Shown piece after piece: positions 60,494 through 64,000 of a stretch of 64,000 bases of DNA. The DNA is from an uncultured Deinococcaceae bacterium (GTDB lineage Bacteria > Deinococcota > Deinococci > Deinococcales > Deinococcaceae): positions 96,001-160,000 of the forward strand of contig CAXULY010000004.1 of assembly GCA_964252075.1 (NCBI GenBank). The letters run 5' to 3'. The notes beneath the pieces are model-generated. The model saw nothing but the letters and a program-made list of their open reading frames with translations. It made no database searches and had not been told where the DNA came from. The translations under genes were made by a program, and so were the position numbers. The number at the start of each line of letters is the position of its first letter. Position 1 is the stretch's first letter.

Positions 60494-61180
60494 GTGAGCA
60501 CCCTGGACGGCAGCGTCATCGCGGTGACCGGCGCCGACCAGGGCTACGGGCGCGCCATCAGCGCCGCCCTCGCCCGCGCCGGCTGCAGCGTCGTGCTGGT
60601 GGGCGGCAACCCCGAGGCGCTCGCGAGCCTCGCCTCGCGCCTGGAGCGCAGCGGCGGCACCGCCATCCCCATCAAGGCGGACGTGGAGGTGCCGCTCGAC
60701 TTCATCTCCGCCATGAACCGCAGCATGGAGATCTTCGGCGCGCTGCACGGCGTGGTGCACCTCGCGGACAAACGCGCGCACAGCAGCTTCCCGGTGCTGA
60801 GCGAGGGCGAGTGGATGGACCTCTTCAACTGCAACGTGAAATCCAGCGTCGCCATCGCGCAGACGCTGCTGCGCCGCCTCAAGGGCACGTGGCTGACCGT
60901 GGTCGGCCCGCACCTCGACGAGACGGGCCTGCACGTGCCCGCGCAGCGCGGCGCGCTGGAGGGCCTCACGCGCGGCGCGGCGGGCGAGAAGCTGCGCATG
61001 AACCTCGTGCTGCCCGGCCGCACGTCCGGCGGCGAGGAGCACGACCGCCCGCTCGCGGAGGCCGTGCTGGCCCTCGCCCGCCCGGCCCTCGCGCACCTGC
61101 GCGGCAACATCCTGGAGGTGCCGCTGCCGCCCGTCCCGAAACGCCACTACGAGTTCAGTGCGGACGCCGATGACGCCTGA
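60494..61180 (+). CDS. Atypical SDR family oxidoreductase
   Basis: TGADQGYG Rossmann motif; no canonical YxxxK. Confidence 0.8.
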   Translation: MSTLDGSVIAVTGADQGYGRAISAALARAGCSVVLVGGNPEALASLASRLERSGGTAIPIKADVEVPLDFISAMNRSMEIFGALHGVVHLADKRAHSSFPVLSEGEWMDLFNCNVKSSVAIAQTLLRRLKGTWLTVVGPHLDETGLHVPAQRGALEGLTRGAAGEKLRMNLVLPGRTSGGEEHDRPLAEAVLALARPALAHLRGNILEVPLPPVPKRHYEFSADADDA

Positions 61181-61195
61181 CGCTGGAGCCCGCGC

Positions 61196-61642
61196 GTGAA
61201 GTGCCCGTACTGCTCCGCGCCGGACAGCAAGGTCGTGAACTCCCGGCCCAGCGACGACGGCGCCTCCATCCGGCGGCGCCGGGAGTGCCTCGCGTGCGCG
61301 CGGCGCTTCACCACCTACGAGCGCGCGCAGCTGGAGCCCGTGATGGTCGTGAAGCGCGGCGGCACGCGCGAGGCCTTCAACCCGGATAAACTGCTGCGCG
61401 GCCTCACGCTCGCCGCCGAGAAGCGCCCCGTGAACCCCGAGACGCTGCGCGCCTTCGCGTACGGCTTCGAGGACGAGGTGGGCGCGCCCGAAATCGGCAG
61501 CGAGGAGATCGGGAAGCGCGCCATGAATTTCCTGAAACCCCTCGACGACGTGGCGTACATCCGCTTCGCGAGCGTGTACCGGGAGTTCGACAGCCTGGAG
61601 CGCTTCATCGAGGAGATTCGCGGCCTCAAGGACGAAGCCTGA
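61196..61642 (+). CDS. nrdR: Transcriptional repressor NrdR
   Basis: CPYC, RRRREC..C, RFTTYE, ATP cone, AYIRFASVY. Confidence 0.96.
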   Translation: MKCPYCSAPDSKVVNSRPSDDGASIRRRRECLACARRFTTYERAQLEPVMVVKRGGTREAFNPDKLLRGLTLAAEKRPVNPETLRAFAYGFEDEVGAPEIGSEEIGKRAMNFLKPLDDVAYIRFASVYREFDSLERFIEEIRGLKDEA

Positions 61643-61696
61643 GGGCAGGCCCACGAGGAACGCCCTGTCTCCCCTGCTGACCGGGGCGCGTTTCCT

Positions 61697-62302
61697 TCAG
61701 GGGCGGGGTGGGGCGGGCACTATGGGCGTTTCGTTCTCGGGTTTGCGCCCGCGCCGCCCGGCGTAGAAGACCCGCATCTTCTCGAAGTCGGCGTCCATGT
61801 TGCCGCTCGGGGTGATGTAGCCCGCCATGCCGACCTCGCGGCGCGACCAGTCGAAGTACGTGAGGCCGATGGGGACGCCCGCGCGCAGGGCCATGTGGTA
61901 GAAGCCGCTCTTCCAGTGCTCGCCGCGCGCGCGGCTGCCTTCGGGCGCGACGACCAGCATGATCTCGGGCGCCGCGCGGATGAGGTCCACGACGGCCTGC
62001 ACGAAGTTCCCGCCGGTCTTGCGGCGGTCCACGGGCACGCCGCCCCAGGCGCGCAGCAGGGCGCCCAGCGGGAAGCGGAACAGGGAGTGCTTCGCGACGA
62101 ACTTCACGGGCGCGCCTGTCGCCCACGCCCACAGGATGCCCACCGGGAAATCCCAGTTGCTGGTGTGCGGGTACACCACAGACACCACCTTGTCGGCGGG
62201 CGGGGGCACCAGCACCGCGCGCCACCCGAACAGGGCCAGCAGCAACCGGGCGAGGCGCATGCCGAGGGTGATGCGGCGGGGGTTCCAGTGGTGCGCGCTC
62301 AT
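61697..62302 (-). CDS. PlsC-like acyltransferase
   Basis: PHTSNWD, PEGSR, WKSGF. Confidence 0.9.
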   Translation of the reverse strand: MSAHHWNPRRITLGMRLARLLLALFGWRAVLVPPPADKVVSVVYPHTSNWDFPVGILWAWATGAPVKFVAKHSLFRFPLGALLRAWGGVPVDRRKTGGNFVQAVVDLIRAAPEIMLVVAPEGSRARGEHWKSGFYHMALRAGVPIGLTYFDWSRREVGMAGYITPSGNMDADFEKMRVFYAGRRGRKPENETPIVPAPPRP

Positions 62303-62362
62303 GCCTGCACTCTAGAGCCTGGTGGGCGCGCCCGCCTGACGCGCGCCCTCATGTTCGGGGGG

Positions 62363-62440
62363 CAATAAAAAACCCGCCCTCTCAGGCGGTGATGGACAAA
62401 GAATAGCGCGGTATGCACGCCGTGTCAAGGTCATGCAGTG
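62363..62440 (-). repeat. Promoter-terminator repeat, copy 1
   Basis: Near-identical to 63394-63470; minus strand TTGACA-17-TATTCT, then CCGCCT-GAGA-GGGCGG-G-T6. Confidence 0.85.
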
Positions 62441-62458
62441 GCAGGGGCGTCCGGCGGT

Positions 62459-63355
62459 TCAGCGCGCCTCCTGAAGCGCCCACTCCACGATCACGCGGCA
62501 GCGCTCGGGGTCGATGGTGAGGCCCACGCCGAGGCCCCACAGCCAGTAATCCAGGGCGCGCAGCAGCGTCCAGTCACGCGCGAGGGACGCGTCCAGCTGG
62601 GCGGCGTCCACCAGCAGCCCGAAGTGCTCCTCCAGCCCGCCCCCATCCAGGATGTCCTCCAGGCGCGTCCAGAGCAGGCGCGCCACCGCCACCTCCGGGC
62701 GGCCCACCCGCACCATGGGGTCAATCGCGAGCCACGGCGCGCGCGTGCCCGCGAGCACGTTGCGGTGGTGCAGGTCGTCGTGGATGAGCAGGCGGCTGGG
62801 GTCCTGGCCGAGCGCGCCCGCGAGTTCACGCGCGCGGTCCCGCAGGGCGGCACTGAAGGGCTCGCCGCAGGCCCGCCAGCGTTCATCCAGGGTGTCGGTG
62901 AAGGTCCGTGCCCAGTCCCGCAGGGTGGGGAGGCCACCCGGGGCAGGGATGCTGAGCTGCCGCAGCAGGCGGCCCGCCTCGTGCACGGCCTCCGCGATGG
63001 GGCGGTCGTCCAGCGTGCGGGTGGCGTCCAGGCGCTCCAGCAGCAGGGCGTGGCGGGGCGCGTCCGCGTCGAGCAGCAGCACCGCGCCGCATCCCGCCCA
63101 GGCGCGCAGGGCGCTCACCTCGTCCCGGACGGGCATGGCGGGCCAGGAGAGGCGCAGCACGAGGCGTTCCTCCTGGCGACGCACGGGCAGCGCGAGGCTG
63201 AGCGCGCCGTGCCGGGGCGCGCCGTCCGGCGTGAGGCCCCACCGCTGGCAGAACGCGTCCGCCTGGGCGGGCAGGTCGCGCAGCCAGTCCCGACCCAACG
63301 CGCCCGCCTGCCGGATGATGGGCGAGTCCGCGAGGCCGGGCGGGACGGTCAGCAC
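62459..63355 (-). CDS. Aminoglycoside/hydroxyurea phosphotransferase family (APH(6)-like) kinase
   Basis: E..AL..W.G.GAV.L, LLLERL, HDDLHHRNVL, WLAIDP. Confidence 0.85.
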   Translation of the reverse strand: MLTVPPGLADSPIIRQAGALGRDWLRDLPAQADAFCQRWGLTPDGAPRHGALSLALPVRRQEERLVLRLSWPAMPVRDEVSALRAWAGCGAVLLLDADAPRHALLLERLDATRTLDDRPIAEAVHEAGRLLRQLSIPAPGGLPTLRDWARTFTDTLDERWRACGEPFSAALRDRARELAGALGQDPSRLLIHDDLHHRNVLAGTRAPWLAIDPMVRVGRPEVAVARLLWTRLEDILDGGGLEEHFGLLVDAAQLDASLARDWTLLRALDYWLWGLGVGLTIDPERCRVIVEWALQEAR

Positions 63356-63393
63356 ACCCGCACTGTCGCGCCGCGCGCGGCGGGAATCAAGCC

Positions 63394-63470
63394 CAATAAA
63401 AACCCGCCCTCTCAGGCGGTGATGACAAAAGGATAGCGCGGTATGCAGCGCGGGTCAAGGTCATGCAGTG
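63394..63470 (-). repeat. Promoter-terminator repeat, copy 2
   Basis: Minus strand TTGACC-17-TATCCT, then identical hairpin and T5. Confidence 0.85.
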
Positions 63471-63474
63471 AATC

Positions 63475-64000
63475 TCACTGGATGGCCTGCGCGTTCAGGT
63501 CCAGGCGCAGGTCGCCCTGCGCCTGCGCGGTCAGGATCACGCCCGAGGCGTCCACCCGCACGCCGCTGAGTTGCAGGGCGCTCACGCCGCCCGCGAGGCT
63601 CACGCCGGGCGCCAGCGTCCAGGGCAGGCGCGCGCGCACGCCCGCCAGCGCCCGCGCGAGTTGCGGCGCGGTGTCGAAGCGCGCGCTGTCCGCGACGAAG
63701 GCCTGCGCGCGCTGGTCCGCCAGCCACCCAATCACGCGCCCCGTGAGGCCACTGCGGCGCGTGTGCACCTCGGCGTCCGTGAGGCGCAGCACGCTGCCGT
63801 CCAGCGCGGGCCGCCCGCTCACGTCCACCACGGCGTTCACGTGCAGGCCCAGGGCGCGCAGCGTGACGTGGCATTCGGCGTTCAGGCGCTCGCCGCGCAC
63901 GCTCACGCGCACCTGCGTGACCTGCAGGTGCGGGTTCAGCAACGTGGGCAGCTGGATGTCGCGCGCGGCGGCGGCGCGCGTGGCGAGCTCCGAGAGCTGC
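63475..64000 (-). CDS. DUF4403-like protein, C-terminal part (5' end outside window)
   Basis: Frame open to the window edge; beta-rich SGRPALD...AQAQGDLRL. Confidence 0.6.
   Translation of the reverse strand, partial: QLSELATRAAAARDIQLPTLLNPHLQVTQVRVSVRGERLNAECHVTLRALGLHVNAVVDVSGRPALDGSVLRLTDAEVHTRRSGLTGRVIGWLADQRAQAFVADSARFDTAPQLARALAGVRARLPWTLAPGVSLAGGVSALQLSGVRVDASGVILTAQAQGDLRLDLNAQAIQ

Overview
High-GC bacterial chromosome segment. Gene content (cdaA-cdaR, def-fmt, dnaE, dnaB, nrdR, rplS, NSAR/GNAT pair), many leaderless promoters and an RDRM-like operator point to Deinococcus (inference). Most of the window is housekeeping and envelope genes. Highlights: (1) an AT-rich ~4.3-kb defence island (45.4-49.7 kb) encoding an endonuclease-methyltransferase, a two-TRD specificity subunit and a HEPN-motif protein, in which both reading-frame transitions fall on T8 runs, suggesting slippage/frameshift-controlled RM vs RM-S products; (2) two ~78-bp direct repeats (62.36 and 63.39 kb), each a 17-bp-spaced sigma-A promoter firing straight into an intrinsic terminator, predicting a ~27-nt RNA, and flanking a single phosphotransferase gene; (3) a leaderless Thr-Thr-Ile leader peptide with terminator upstream of asd; (4) a DdrO-type RDRM operator over a small zinc-ribbon gene; (5) several unusual protein architectures. 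All calls come from reading the sequence; no database searches were run.
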